A DNA stretch of 63,432 nucleotides, counting the filler. It is 5 parts of 5 records of this genome, joined end to end, with 100 filler letters (N's around TTAATTAATTAA, not from the genome) between each part and the next. Parts side by side here need not be neighbours in the genome. Positions count along the whole stretch, not along the records: positions 1 to 19,847 come from SRR20825019_2272; positions 19,948 to 28,573 come from SRR20825019_2274; 3 more parts are not named here. The stretch is one strand, 5' to 3'. Of the stretch, positions 10,037 through 20,115 are shown in pieces. Position numbers and translations under genes: made by a program. The notes below the pieces were generated by a model that was not told where the DNA came from, did not search any database, and worked only from the letters and a program-made list of their open reading frames with translations. Position 1 is the stretch's first letter, and each line of letters begins with the position of its first letter.

Positions 10037-11776
10037 TTATTTTGGGTTATTGTTTAGCGACTGCAACATACTGAAATCGCAGCCTTGATCGGCTTGAAGG
10101 ACCTGTTCCGCATAGAGCCGGTCATAGCCGCGCAAGTTATTCGGATCGCGTTCCGTGGTGACCAGTTCAGCCCTCCGCCGGTTCAGCTCTTCCTCGTCGA
10201 CAAGCAGATCGAGCTTCTTGTTTGTAACCGACAAGGCGATCCGGTCGCCGTTGCGCACCAGGGCAAGCGGGCCGCCGATCGCAGCCTCCGGCGTGACATG
10301 CAGGACGATGGTGCCGAAGGCGGTGCCGGACATGCGGGCATCGGAGATCCGCACCATGTCCTTCACGCCTTTGGAGGAGAGTTTCTTCGGGATCGGCAGA
10401 TAGCCGGCCTCCGGCATGCCGGAGGGGCTGCGCGGCCCGGCATTCTGCAATACCAGGATATCGTCGGCCGTCACGTCGAGATCCGGATCGTCGATCCGGG
10501 CGGACAGATCTTCCAGCGAGGTGAAGACAACGGCGCGGCCTTCCTTTTCCAGCAGGGCCGGGTCGGCGGCGGAGCGTTTCAGGATGGCACCTCCAGGGGC
10601 CAGACTGCCGAACAGCGCGACCAGTCCGCCCTTGGGCTCCAGCGGGGCGCTGGCCGGGGACACCACATCCCGGTTTACCGGGCCGCTCTCTGCGGCAAGA
10701 CGCTCGCCCAGGGTTTCCCCGGTTACGGTCATGCAGTCGAGATTAAGCAGCGGCTTCAGCTCCCGCAGTACGGCGCCAAGGCCGCCGGCAGCGAACAAGT
10801 CTTCCATGTAATGGCTGCCGACGGGCTTCAGATTCACCAGCACCGGCGTGGTTTCCGAAAGCTCGTTGAACCAGTCGAGCGGGATATCGATACCGGCCCG
10901 CCCGGCAATGGCGGTCAGGTGGATGACGGCGTTGGTCGAGCCGCCAAGGGCGAGCAGGACGCGCAGGGCGTTCTCGACGGATTTTCGGGTGACGATCTCG
11001 GTCGGCTTGATCGGCCGGCTGATCATCCGCACGGCGGCAGCCCCGGTAGCCTCGGCCGCACGCAGCCGGTCGGCATGGACGGCCGGAATGGCGGCGGTGC
11101 CGGGCAGGGCCATGCCGAGGGCTTCGGCGATGCAGGCCATGGTCGAGGCGGTGCCCATCACGGCGCAGCTGCCGGCGGTGGTGGCGAGCCGGCGCTCGAT
11201 GTCCCTGATCTCCACGTCGTCCACGGTACCGGCGCGGTACTGCGCCCAGAACCGGCGGCAGTCGGTGCAGGCGCCGAGCCGTTCCTCGTCTCCGGCCGCG
11301 GTCGTGTAGCGGGAGGTCATCATCGGCCCGCCGATCAGCTGGATGGTCGGCAGGTCGGCGGAGACCGCGCCCATCAACTGGGCTGGCACGGTCTTGTCGC
11401 AGCCGCCCATCAGGACCACTGCGTCCATCGGCTGGGCCCGGATCATCTCCTCGGTATCCATGCTCATCAGGTTGCGGAACTTCAGGCTGGTCGGGTTGAG
11501 ATAGACCTCACCGAGGGAGATGGTCGGAAAGTCGATCGGCAGGGCCCCGGCCATCAGCACGCCGCGCTTCACCGCTTCCAAAAGCTCCGGGAAATGCCGG
11601 TGGCAGTTATTGAAACCGGAGCCGGTATAGGCGATGCCGACAATCGGTTTTTCCATGGTTTCCGGCAGATAGCCCATGGAGGCGGCGAAGGAGCGGCGCA
11701 GATAGAGCGAGAAGTCGAAATCGCCGTAATTGGTCAGGCCCCGGGCGAAGCCGTGCGATGTGGTGTTCTTCGTCAT
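10037..11776 (-). CDS. IlvD/Edd family dehydratase (dihydroxy-acid or sugar-acid dehydratase)
   Basis: FNNCH, GGCDKT, CAVMGTASTM, GGSTN, GMPE, SDARMSGT. Confidence 0.93.
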   Translation of the reverse strand: MTKNTTSHGFARGLTNYGDFDFSLYLRRSFAASMGYLPETMEKPIVGIAYTGSGFNNCHRHFPELLEAVKRGVLMAGALPIDFPTISLGEVYLNPTSLKFRNLMSMDTEEMIRAQPMDAVVLMGGCDKTVPAQLMGAVSADLPTIQLIGGPMMTSRYTTAAGDEERLGACTDCRRFWAQYRAGTVDDVEIRDIERRLATTAGSCAVMGTASTMACIAEALGMALPGTAAIPAVHADRLRAAEATGAAAVRMISRPIKPTEIVTRKSVENALRVLLALGGSTNAVIHLTAIAGRAGIDIPLDWFNELSETTPVLVNLKPVGSHYMEDLFAAGGLGAVLRELKPLLNLDCMTVTGETLGERLAAESGPVNRDVVSPASAPLEPKGGLVALFGSLAPGGAILKRSAADPALLEKEGRAVVFTSLEDLSARIDDPDLDVTADDILVLQNAGPRSPSGMPEAGYLPIPKKLSSKGVKDMVRISDARMSGTAFGTIVLHVTPEAAIGGPLALVRNGDRIALSVTNKKLDLLVDEEELNRRRAELVTTERDPNNLRGYDRLYAEQVLQADQGCDFSMLQSLNNNPK

Positions 11777-12020
11777 CTCATTCTCCCATTATCCGCCCGT
11801 CGCACCGGTTCGGTCCGCCAGCGTATTTTGTTCGCTTGTTGGTCTGCGGTAACGATGATCCGTCACCAGGACATGTCGGGCGCCAGACTTCCCCATTGTT
11901 GGCTTCAGGACAAGTGCCCGGAATGGAAAATATTCGTATGGAAAATATCCGGGCGGGGTGCTTCGACATGCGCGCGATCCTCGCTTATAGGTGAGAGAGG
12001 ATTCGGCACGGGAGCAGATC

Positions 12021-13133
12021 ATGGCCAAACATCTTATTGTCGGCGGCGGCGTCTATGGCGCGGCTGTCGCCTGGCATCTGGCGCGGAGCGGGGAAGAGGT
12101 CGAACTGATCGAGACCGGCGGGCTGGCCACCGGTGCGTCGGGTGGCCCCGGTCGGCGCGGCGTTCGGGCAAACGGACGCGATGTCAGAGAGATTCCGCTG
12201 ATGGTCCGGGCCCGGAAACTCTGGCCGGCGCTGCACGAGACCCTTGGCACCGAGCCCCTGTTCGAGACGACCGGCCAGTTGCAGCTTATCGAGCGCGAAA
12301 TCGATATCGCCCCGGCGGAAGCCCGCGCGGCCTTGCAGACCCGGCTTGGCATTCCGTCCCGCGTATTGTCTTCGGATGAGGTTCGGGAGCTTGAGCCGGA
12401 TGTCTCCCCGGCGATCCGCGCCGGCCTGTTCTGCCCGGATGACGGCGTTGCCTTTCACCAGAAAACCACGCTGGCCTATGCCGCTCTCGCCAAAGAAGCG
12501 GGCGCGGTTCTGCGCGAGGGTGTCGAGGCGGCGCAACTGCTGGAGCGGAACGGCAAGGTTTTTGGCGTTCTGACGGCGGCAGGGGAAGAGATCCTGGCGG
12601 GCGGCAAGGTGCTGCTGTTCTGCAATGCCGGGGTGAAAAGCCTCGCTGCCCCCTGGATCGACCTGCCAGTCTGGAGCCGGACCTTCCTCGTCGCGGTCTC
12701 CAAACCGCTGGAGAACAACCCGGTGCGCCATCTCGTCGGCCATGCCAGCCGCACCCTGTCCCTCAAGCGGGAGCCGGACGGACGGCTGATGATCTCCGGC
12801 GGCCGCCCCGGCATCTGGGATCCGGCGACGCGCACCGGCACGCCGATCCAGAAGGAAGTCGATCTCAACGTCGCCGATGCGGTCGCGACCTACCCGTCGC
12901 TCGAAGGCATGCAGATCGAGACCGCCGACACGAATCATCTCGAGGCCGAAAGCACCGACCATATCCCGATCATCGACAGCCTGCCCGGCAATGCCAACGT
13001 GCTCTACGCCGTCGGCTGGAACGGACATGGCTGGGCCATCGCGCCGGCGGTGGCGGAGATGATGGCGGACTGGGTGCTGAAGGGTACGAAGCCGAAACTG
13101 CTGGAGCCGTTCGCGTTCTCGCGCTTCGGGTGA
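12021..13133 (+). CDS. FAD-dependent oxidoreductase (DAO/sarcosine oxidase family)
   Basis: IVGGGVYG FAD motif; GWNGHGWAIAPAVA C-terminal motif; F..SRF end. Confidence 0.9.
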   Translation: MAKHLIVGGGVYGAAVAWHLARSGEEVELIETGGLATGASGGPGRRGVRANGRDVREIPLMVRARKLWPALHETLGTEPLFETTGQLQLIEREIDIAPAEARAALQTRLGIPSRVLSSDEVRELEPDVSPAIRAGLFCPDDGVAFHQKTTLAYAALAKEAGAVLREGVEAAQLLERNGKVFGVLTAAGEEILAGGKVLLFCNAGVKSLAAPWIDLPVWSRTFLVAVSKPLENNPVRHLVGHASRTLSLKREPDGRLMISGGRPGIWDPATRTGTPIQKEVDLNVADAVATYPSLEGMQIETADTNHLEAESTDHIPIIDSLPGNANVLYAVGWNGHGWAIAPAVAEMMADWVLKGTKPKLLEPFAFSRFG

Positions 13134-13151
13134 GGGGGGAAGCGTCACCTT

Positions 13152-14315
13152 TCACAGTGACCATGCCTGCCTGATGCGTTCGCGGATGCCGGTGAGGCGA
13201 GCGACCGGCTCGTTGGCGAAGACGAAGCGGAGATAGCGCCCGGCGCGGTCCGGGGCGCCCCAGCCGGTCATTGGTGTGGCGGCGATGGCGCCCTTTTCGA
13301 ACAGGCTTTGGGAGGCATCTTCCGGTGCCATGCCGAGGGCTTCGGTGTCGATCAGCAGGGACCAGCCGCCGTCGGGTGCTACGACGGGGATATCGTGCAG
13401 CTCGGTCAGGATCAGGTCGCGCCGGGCTTCCCATTCCCGTGTCGCTTCGGCGACGCCGTCCTCTTCGGTGGAGAGCGCGGCGGCGGCGCCCGGCATGCCG
13501 ATGCCGACCTGACAGACCACATTGGTCAGGCTGACCAGGCCGATATCGTTCATGATGGATTTCGGCCCGGTGATCCAGCCGACCCGCCAGCCAATCATCC
13601 TGTATTCCTTCGAAACGGAGCCGACCGTGATGACCCGCTCCGCCATGCCGGGCAGGGAGGCCGGATGGATCATCGGGGCGCCGGTGAAGAGGACCCGCTC
13701 CATCGCCGCGTCATGCAGGATCCAGGCATCGCAGCGTTCGGCGACCTCCGCGATCACGGCCCATTCCTCCGCATTATGGACGATGCCGCTCGGCATGGAC
13801 GGGCTCATGGTCAGGATCGCGCGGGTCTTGGCCGAGGCCGCATCCCGGAGCGCGTCGAGATCGAGCCGCCAGCGCCCGCCGGCGACCAGCAGGGGCACGA
13901 ATTTCGGCACTCCTCCGGCGAGGCGGATGCGGTTGATCAGTCCGGCATAGGCCGGGTCGGAAATGATCACCTCGTCGCCCGGCTCCAGGATCGCGAGCAG
14001 GCAGTTCAGCACGCCGGAAAGACCTCCGGCGGAGACAATGCATTGCGCTTCCGGATCGTAGCTGACGCCGGTGGTGTCCGAGACCCGCTGTGCGGCGGCG
14101 TCGCGCAACGCATGAATGCCGAGGAAGGGCAGATAGCTGTTCGCATCGTCCCGTGTGACGGCGGCCAGAGTCGCCTCGATGGCCGCTTTCGGCGGCGCGA
14201 TATCCGTGTCGAGATTTTCCAGCCGCAGCATATCCGCATTGCCGAGCGCATCCGCCGCATTGCCCATCCTGTCGACCCCGATGCCCGGAATCTCCGCCAG
14301 TCGTGATATTGTCAT
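13152..14315 (-). CDS. PLP-dependent aminotransferase class I/II
   Basis: SVSKEYRMIGWRVG PLP-lysine motif, HDAAM, YLRFVF. Confidence 0.9.
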   Translation of the reverse strand: MTISRLAEIPGIGVDRMGNAADALGNADMLRLENLDTDIAPPKAAIEATLAAVTRDDANSYLPFLGIHALRDAAAQRVSDTTGVSYDPEAQCIVSAGGLSGVLNCLLAILEPGDEVIISDPAYAGLINRIRLAGGVPKFVPLLVAGGRWRLDLDALRDAASAKTRAILTMSPSMPSGIVHNAEEWAVIAEVAERCDAWILHDAAMERVLFTGAPMIHPASLPGMAERVITVGSVSKEYRMIGWRVGWITGPKSIMNDIGLVSLTNVVCQVGIGMPGAAAALSTEEDGVAEATREWEARRDLILTELHDIPVVAPDGGWSLLIDTEALGMAPEDASQSLFEKGAIAATPMTGWGAPDRAGRYLRFVFANEPVARLTGIRERIRQAWSL

Positions 14316-14400
14316 GCAAAAATCCTTTTTGGATCCAATTATGAATATGAATGCAATTAGGCGACTTGTCTGTCAAGCCACTCGCTGATACGAACGGTTC

Positions 14401-15060
14401 ATGAATGCTATGCCGTTGAAAAAAGGGGATCGCGCGGAGCGGCTGGTGGAGGAGATCCGTCAGGCGATTATTTCCGGCGCGTTGAAACCGGGTGCCGCGC
14501 TGCGCCAAGAAGAGCTAGCCAAAACCTACCAGTCGAGCCGCATGCCGATCCGCGAGGCCTTGCGCACTCTGGGTGGCGAGGGGCTGGTTCAGCTCACGCC
14601 AAACCGGGGAGGCATCGTGGCGCCGATCGACGCGGCGGAGCTGCGCGAGAATGTGGAGATGCGCGAGGCGGCGGAGGTGCTGGCGATGCGCGTTGCCCTG
14701 CCGCATCTCTCGAATGCGCAGATCGACACGGCCGCAGCCCTGCAGGAGGAGCTTGCACGATCCGGCCTCGAAGATTTCGGGCGCCTGAACAAGGCTTTTC
14801 ACCTGACTCTCTATGCACCGTCCAACCGTCCCCGGCTGCTCACCCATATCTCCGGGCTGCACGACATCGCGGAGCGCTATCTCCGCCTGACGCTGGTCGA
14901 GTTCGACTATATCTCCAGGTCGTCGTCGGAACATGGAGAGATCCTCGACGCCTGTTACCGGCGCGATGCCGAGGCGGCGATCGCGGCGACCTCGCGTCAC
15001 ATCCTCGATGCGGGCGAGACGCTTCTGGCCTTACTCGAAAAGGGAAGGCATGCCGGTTGA
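14401..15060 (+). CDS. GntR family regulator (FCD domain)
   Basis: LKPG..LRQEELA....SRMPIREAL wHTH; NKAFH and EH..I FCD motifs. Confidence 0.92.
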   Translation: MNAMPLKKGDRAERLVEEIRQAIISGALKPGAALRQEELAKTYQSSRMPIREALRTLGGEGLVQLTPNRGGIVAPIDAAELRENVEMREAAEVLAMRVALPHLSNAQIDTAAALQEELARSGLEDFGRLNKAFHLTLYAPSNRPRLLTHISGLHDIAERYLRLTLVEFDYISRSSSEHGEILDACYRRDAEAAIAATSRHILDAGETLLALLEKGRHAG

Positions 15061-15085
15061 AGGACCGCGCGTTTTTGTCAGGTGA

Positions 15086-15940
15086 TCAAGACGCCTGCGC
15101 CAGATTGTTTTTCACGAACGCGCCGAAGGCCGTGGCGATGGCGGGTGGTTGTGTCGAGGCGTAGGCGAGGCTGATGCCGATATTCGGCAGGGCGGGCAGG
15201 GGGCCGTTCAGCACATGCAGGTCCTGCGGGACGGCGGAGCGGGTGACGACGCTGATCGCTTCTCCGGAGCGGGTGACGGCAAGCAGTCCGGCAAGGCTGT
15301 TACTGGCAAAGGCGATACGGTAGGCGGCCCCGGCCCGGCTCATCGCGCTGATCGCCGCCTCGTGGTCCAGCGTGCCGGGCGCCGACAGGGCAAGCGGCAG
15401 GACGGCGCGTTCAAGGATCGGCGGGCGCGGGTGATTGGCCACCCAGACAAATGTTTCCGGCCGGATGATGTGTTTGGCTTCTGTCTCTTCCGGCACAGAG
15501 ATCAGCGCGAGATCGATCCGCCTGCGCTGCAGCAGTCTGCGGAGCTCGACCGTACCGGCACAGACAACCTCGATCTCGACGCCGCTGTGAACGGCGGCAA
15601 AGCCCTTCAGCAGGCTTGGGAAGAAGGTGGTCAGATAATCCTCGGGGCATCCGAAACTGATCGCCCCCTGCAGTCCGGTTCCCAAAATGGCCGCGAAGGC
15701 CTCGTCATGTGCGCCCAGAATCCGCTCCGCATGGGACAGCAGCCGGTCTCCTGCCGCGGTCAGCGCGACACCGGCGCCGGTGCGGCGGAGAATGGGCTGG
15801 CCGACGACGGCTTCGAGCCGCTGCATCTGCATGCTGATCGCCGATTGTGTCCGGCCGACCTGCCGGGCGGCGGCACTGATCGAGCGGCTTCTTGAGACAG
15901 CGACGAAGCTGCGCAGCAAAAGGATTTCAAGGTCGGACAT
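15086..15940 (-). CDS. LysR family regulator, divergent from dgdA (DgdR-like)
   Basis: LRSFVAV..SISAAARQVGRTQSAISMQMQRLE HTH; divergent arrangement with dgdA. Confidence 0.9.
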   Translation of the reverse strand: MSDLEILLLRSFVAVSRSRSISAAARQVGRTQSAISMQMQRLEAVVGQPILRRTGAGVALTAAGDRLLSHAERILGAHDEAFAAILGTGLQGAISFGCPEDYLTTFFPSLLKGFAAVHSGVEIEVVCAGTVELRRLLQRRRIDLALISVPEETEAKHIIRPETFVWVANHPRPPILERAVLPLALSAPGTLDHEAAISAMSRAGAAYRIAFASNSLAGLLAVTRSGEAISVVTRSAVPQDLHVLNGPLPALPNIGISLAYASTQPPAIATAFGAFVKNNLAQAS

Positions 15941-16017
15941 CTGATATCAATATAAATTATTTCCGGTTCTTATATTATGAATTTGGTTGAAGGTAATGCT
16001 CCGCGTTATGGCATTGA

Positions 16018-17376
<1,359 letters not shown>

Positions 17377-17528
17377 CACACGGCAAAAAAGCTTGCTGAA
17401 TATAGGTGATGGTCCTGGCGCTTCTGTACGCACTACGCCCTTGATAGTACCTTGATTTGACGGATCTGCTCGACGAGTGATCCGTGCGGATGGAGGGTGC
17501 GCATGGGGCGTCCGGAGGGGCTGGTGGC

Positions 17529-17978
17529 TTGAATATTCTGCGTATCGTGAAGCTGCTCCTGCCAGCCTTGTTCCCGTCATGGCGTTTCTTTGACGTGATC
17601 GGACCGTCACCGCGCGTAGAGCTTTGTCTGCTCGATCACGCGGACGACGCGCCGGAGGGCTGGCGGGAATGCCGCCCGAGGCCTGCGCGGCTCGGCTTCC
17701 GGGATATGCTCAAGGCGTTCTTCTGGAATGCGCGCTGGAACGAGACACTTTATCTGGGGAACTGCGCCGAACGCTTCATTCAGGGGCAGGAGGAGCATTG
17801 CAGCCGGGAGATCCGGCGCCGCCTGCGGGCCGATCTTCTGGCCGGGACGCCCTCACTTCCGGCCGAATCCTTCTTCCGTTACAGGCTGGTCTTCGTCAAT
17901 CCGTTCGAGGGCGCTCTCAGGCGCGATGTCGCCTTTGTTTCTCCGCCGCACCCGGTATCGGACCCGCTCGACCGATGA
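17529..17978 (+). CDS. Hypothetical protein, SdpA/DUF5819-like partner of the HTTM protein
   Basis: LFPSWRFFDVIGP motif; stop overlaps the next start (ATGA). Start uncertain (17484 or 17529). Confidence 0.6.
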   Translation: MNILRIVKLLLPALFPSWRFFDVIGPSPRVELCLLDHADDAPEGWRECRPRPARLGFRDMLKAFFWNARWNETLYLGNCAERFIQGQEEHCSREIRRRLRADLLAGTPSLPAESFFRYRLVFVNPFEGALRRDVAFVSPPHPVSDPLDR

Positions 17979-18664
17979 GTCTCGAACTCGCGATCCGTTG
18001 GACGGAAATCCTGCTGTCGATTGCTCTGATCCAGCAAAGTCTGGAGCATTTTTTCGGGCTTCGTGACGAGCGGCTGCACTACTTCGCGCGGCTGGTCCTG
18101 AGCGTATTGCTGCTGGCCGGCATCCAGCCGCAATGGGTCTGCGTTGCCCTGTTTATCAATATGCTGCTCATCCTTGGGCGGTTTCAGGGACCCTATAACG
18201 GCGGAAGCGACCTGCTGAGCATGTTGCTGATCACCTGCCTGTGCGCCGTGCACTTGATGCCGAATGCGCAATGGCGGGAATATGTCATCGGCTATCTGGC
18301 GCTGCAGGTGGTGTTCTCTTACTTCAAATCCGGCTGGTCCAAGGTCATCCATGCGGACTGGCGGAACGGGCAGGCCTTGCGGGATGTTTTCCTTTTCTCC
18401 GTTTATCCTGTCAGCGAGAGGACGAGAGCGTGGGCGAACTGGCCGCGCCTGCTTCTGGTCATGTCATGGGCCGTCATTCTGCTTGAGCTGCTGTTCCCGC
18501 TGGCGCTGCTGTCCCGGGAGGCACTGTTCGCCGGACTGGCACTCGCCATGGCGTTCCATGCCGCCAATTTCATCCTGTTCGGTTTCAACCGTTTCGTCTG
18601 GGTCTGGGCCGCCGCCTATCCATCACTGATCTGGCTGCAAGCGCGGCTGGATCTGCTCGGCTGA
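17975..18664 (+). CDS. HTTM-domain (SdpB-like) membrane protein
   Basis: Multiple TM helices; NGGSD, YFKSGWSK....W.NG.AL, ELLFP, FH..N...FGFNRF.W motifs. Confidence 0.8.
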   Translation: MSLELAIRWTEILLSIALIQQSLEHFFGLRDERLHYFARLVLSVLLLAGIQPQWVCVALFINMLLILGRFQGPYNGGSDLLSMLLITCLCAVHLMPNAQWREYVIGYLALQVVFSYFKSGWSKVIHADWRNGQALRDVFLFSVYPVSERTRAWANWPRLLLVMSWAVILLELLFPLALLSREALFAGLALAMAFHAANFILFGFNRFVWVWAAAYPSLIWLQARLDLLG

Positions 18665-18686
18665 GCGGCAACCCAAGACCGCTCGG

Positions 18687-19847
18687 TCATGCAAACAGAA
18701 TATTGACGTCCTCGATCTTCGCGACGCCGATGAGGGAGACGGTGACGTCCCCGGCTGTGAGGGTGAGGCCGGTTTCGGTGGCGGCGGAGGTCACGTTGGT
18801 GCCCGCGTCGAACTGGATGACGTCGCCTTCGGCCGCGCTGTAGCCGGAAACGGTGTCGTTGCCGTCTCCGAAATGGAAGATGAAGGTGTCCGCGCCGAGA
18901 TTGCCGAACAGCAGGTCGTTGCCACTGTTACCGGCGAGACTGTCGTCACCTTGCCCGCCGTAAAGCGTGTCGGCTTCCTGCCCGCCATGGAGAGTGTCGT
19001 TTCCGCGATTGCCGTAGATCACGTCCGCGCCGCGGTTGCCGTAGAGGATGTCCGTGTCCTGTCCGCCGAAGATGGTGTCCGCGTTCTGGCCGCCGAACAG
19101 GGTGTCGCTGCCCTGATTGCCGTAGATCAGGTCATTCGCCTGATTGCCGTAGATCAGGTCGGCCCCGGTCCCGCCGTACAGCGTATCGTTGCCGTCATAT
19201 CCGTAGAGTGTGTCGTCTCCGGCAAGGGCTGAGATGGTGCCTGCACCGTTGCCGCCGGTCAGGCTGTCCGCGCCCGAAGTTCCGACGATGGTGCCGCTAT
19301 CGCTGCCGCTTCCGGGTGTGGCGGGGACGGGCGTGATGTCCGTCAGGGTGACATCGTTGCCGTCTCCGGCTGTGTAGCTGATCTGGAAGGTGCGCCCGCT
19401 CGAAGTGAAGCTGCTGCCCTCGGCCAGCCCGGTGAAGGTGCCGGTGATGGCATCGGCGCCGTCATTGTCGATCAGGGTGAAGACATTACCGTTCGCCGGG
19501 GTGAAGCCGACGGAGGTCGAGAGCGTGGCGCCGGTGACGTCGACGGTGCCGGTGACGTCGATCTGGTCGTACTGGGTGCCGGCCGTCGTGCCGTTGAGCT
19601 CGAAGGTTGTCGTGGAGCCGGCGGAGAGGGTGAGGTTGCCTGTGGAGAGAATACCGGGGCTGTTGCCGGGGGTGAGCGACCCGCCGGAAGCCACTGTGAC
19701 ATCGCCGGTAATGCTGCCCGACCCGGCGAGCGTGCCGCCCGAGGCGACGGTGAGTGTGCCGCCGCCATTGAGGGCGCCGTTTACCGAGAGGGTGCCTGCA
19801 TTGACGGTGGTGGTGCCGGTATAGGTGTTGGTGCCCGTGAGCGTCAG
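18687..19847 (-). CDS. Large secreted protein C-terminus (5'-truncated): autotransporter-associated beta-strand repeat plus RTX Ca-binding repeats
   Basis: Frame is open to the contig end: LTLTGTNTYTGTTTVNAGTL (PATR) followed by about 13 GG/GNxGxDxLx nonapeptides and a GADTF T1SS-type tail. Confidence 0.85.
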   Translation of the reverse strand: MTLTGTNTYTGTTTVNAGTLSVNGALNGGGTLTVASGGTLAGSGSITGDVTVASGGSLTPGNSPGILSTGNLTLSAGSTTTFELNGTTAGTQYDQIDVTGTVDVTGATLSTSVGFTPANGNVFTLIDNDGADAITGTFTGLAEGSSFTSSGRTFQISYTAGDGNDVTLTDITPVPATPGSGSDSGTIVGTSGADSLTGGNGAGTISALAGDDTLYGYDGNDTLYGGTGADLIYGNQANDLIYGNQGSDTLFGGQNADTIFGGQDTDILYGNRGADVIYGNRGNDTLHGGQEADTLYGGQGDDSLAGNSGNDLLFGNLGADTFIFHFGDGNDTVSGYSAAEGDVIQFDAGTNVTSAATETGLTLTAGDVTVSLIGVAKIEDVNILFA

Positions 19848-19947
19848 NNNNNNNNNNNNNNNNNNNNNNNNNNNNNNNNNNNNNNNNNNNNTTAATTAAT
19901 TAANNNNNNNNNNNNNNNNNNNNNNNNNNNNNNNNNNNNNNNNNNNN
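19848..19947. other. Artificial contig spacer
   Basis: N44-TTAATTAATTAA-N44 (stops in all six frames). Confidence 0.99.
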
Positions 19948-20115
19948 AGGGGTACGGTACGGAGAGCCGGGACCCGGACCCTAACCCTGACCTGGGCACC
20001 GATGGCCCGCTGACCTAACTTAATGCTTGTTATAAGGGAAACGCCTGCTCGTGATGCAATGACCTGCTTGCTCTCGAACGGGAGGGACTGTTGAGCCGGG
20101 TGCACGGTGAAGGGC

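Noticed and set aside
10085-12379. 764-aa plus-strand ORF
   Set aside because: Antisense shadow of the GC-rich IlvD-family gene with no protein-like motifs. The same applies to 16006-17610 and similar overlapping ORFs.
18890-19270. 27-bp periodic repeats that might suggest a CRISPR or tandem array
   Set aside because: They encode RTX nonapeptides; there is no repeat-spacer structure and no cas genes.
19892-19903. TTAATTAATTAA palindrome repeated four times in the window
   Set aside because: Embedded in N-runs of fixed length; a six-frame-stop assembly linker, not a biological repeat.
19973-19996. Telomere-like CCCGGA-CCCTAA-CCCTGA at the start of contig 2
   Set aside because: Only one exact CCCTAA unit; too short and degenerate to call a telomere.
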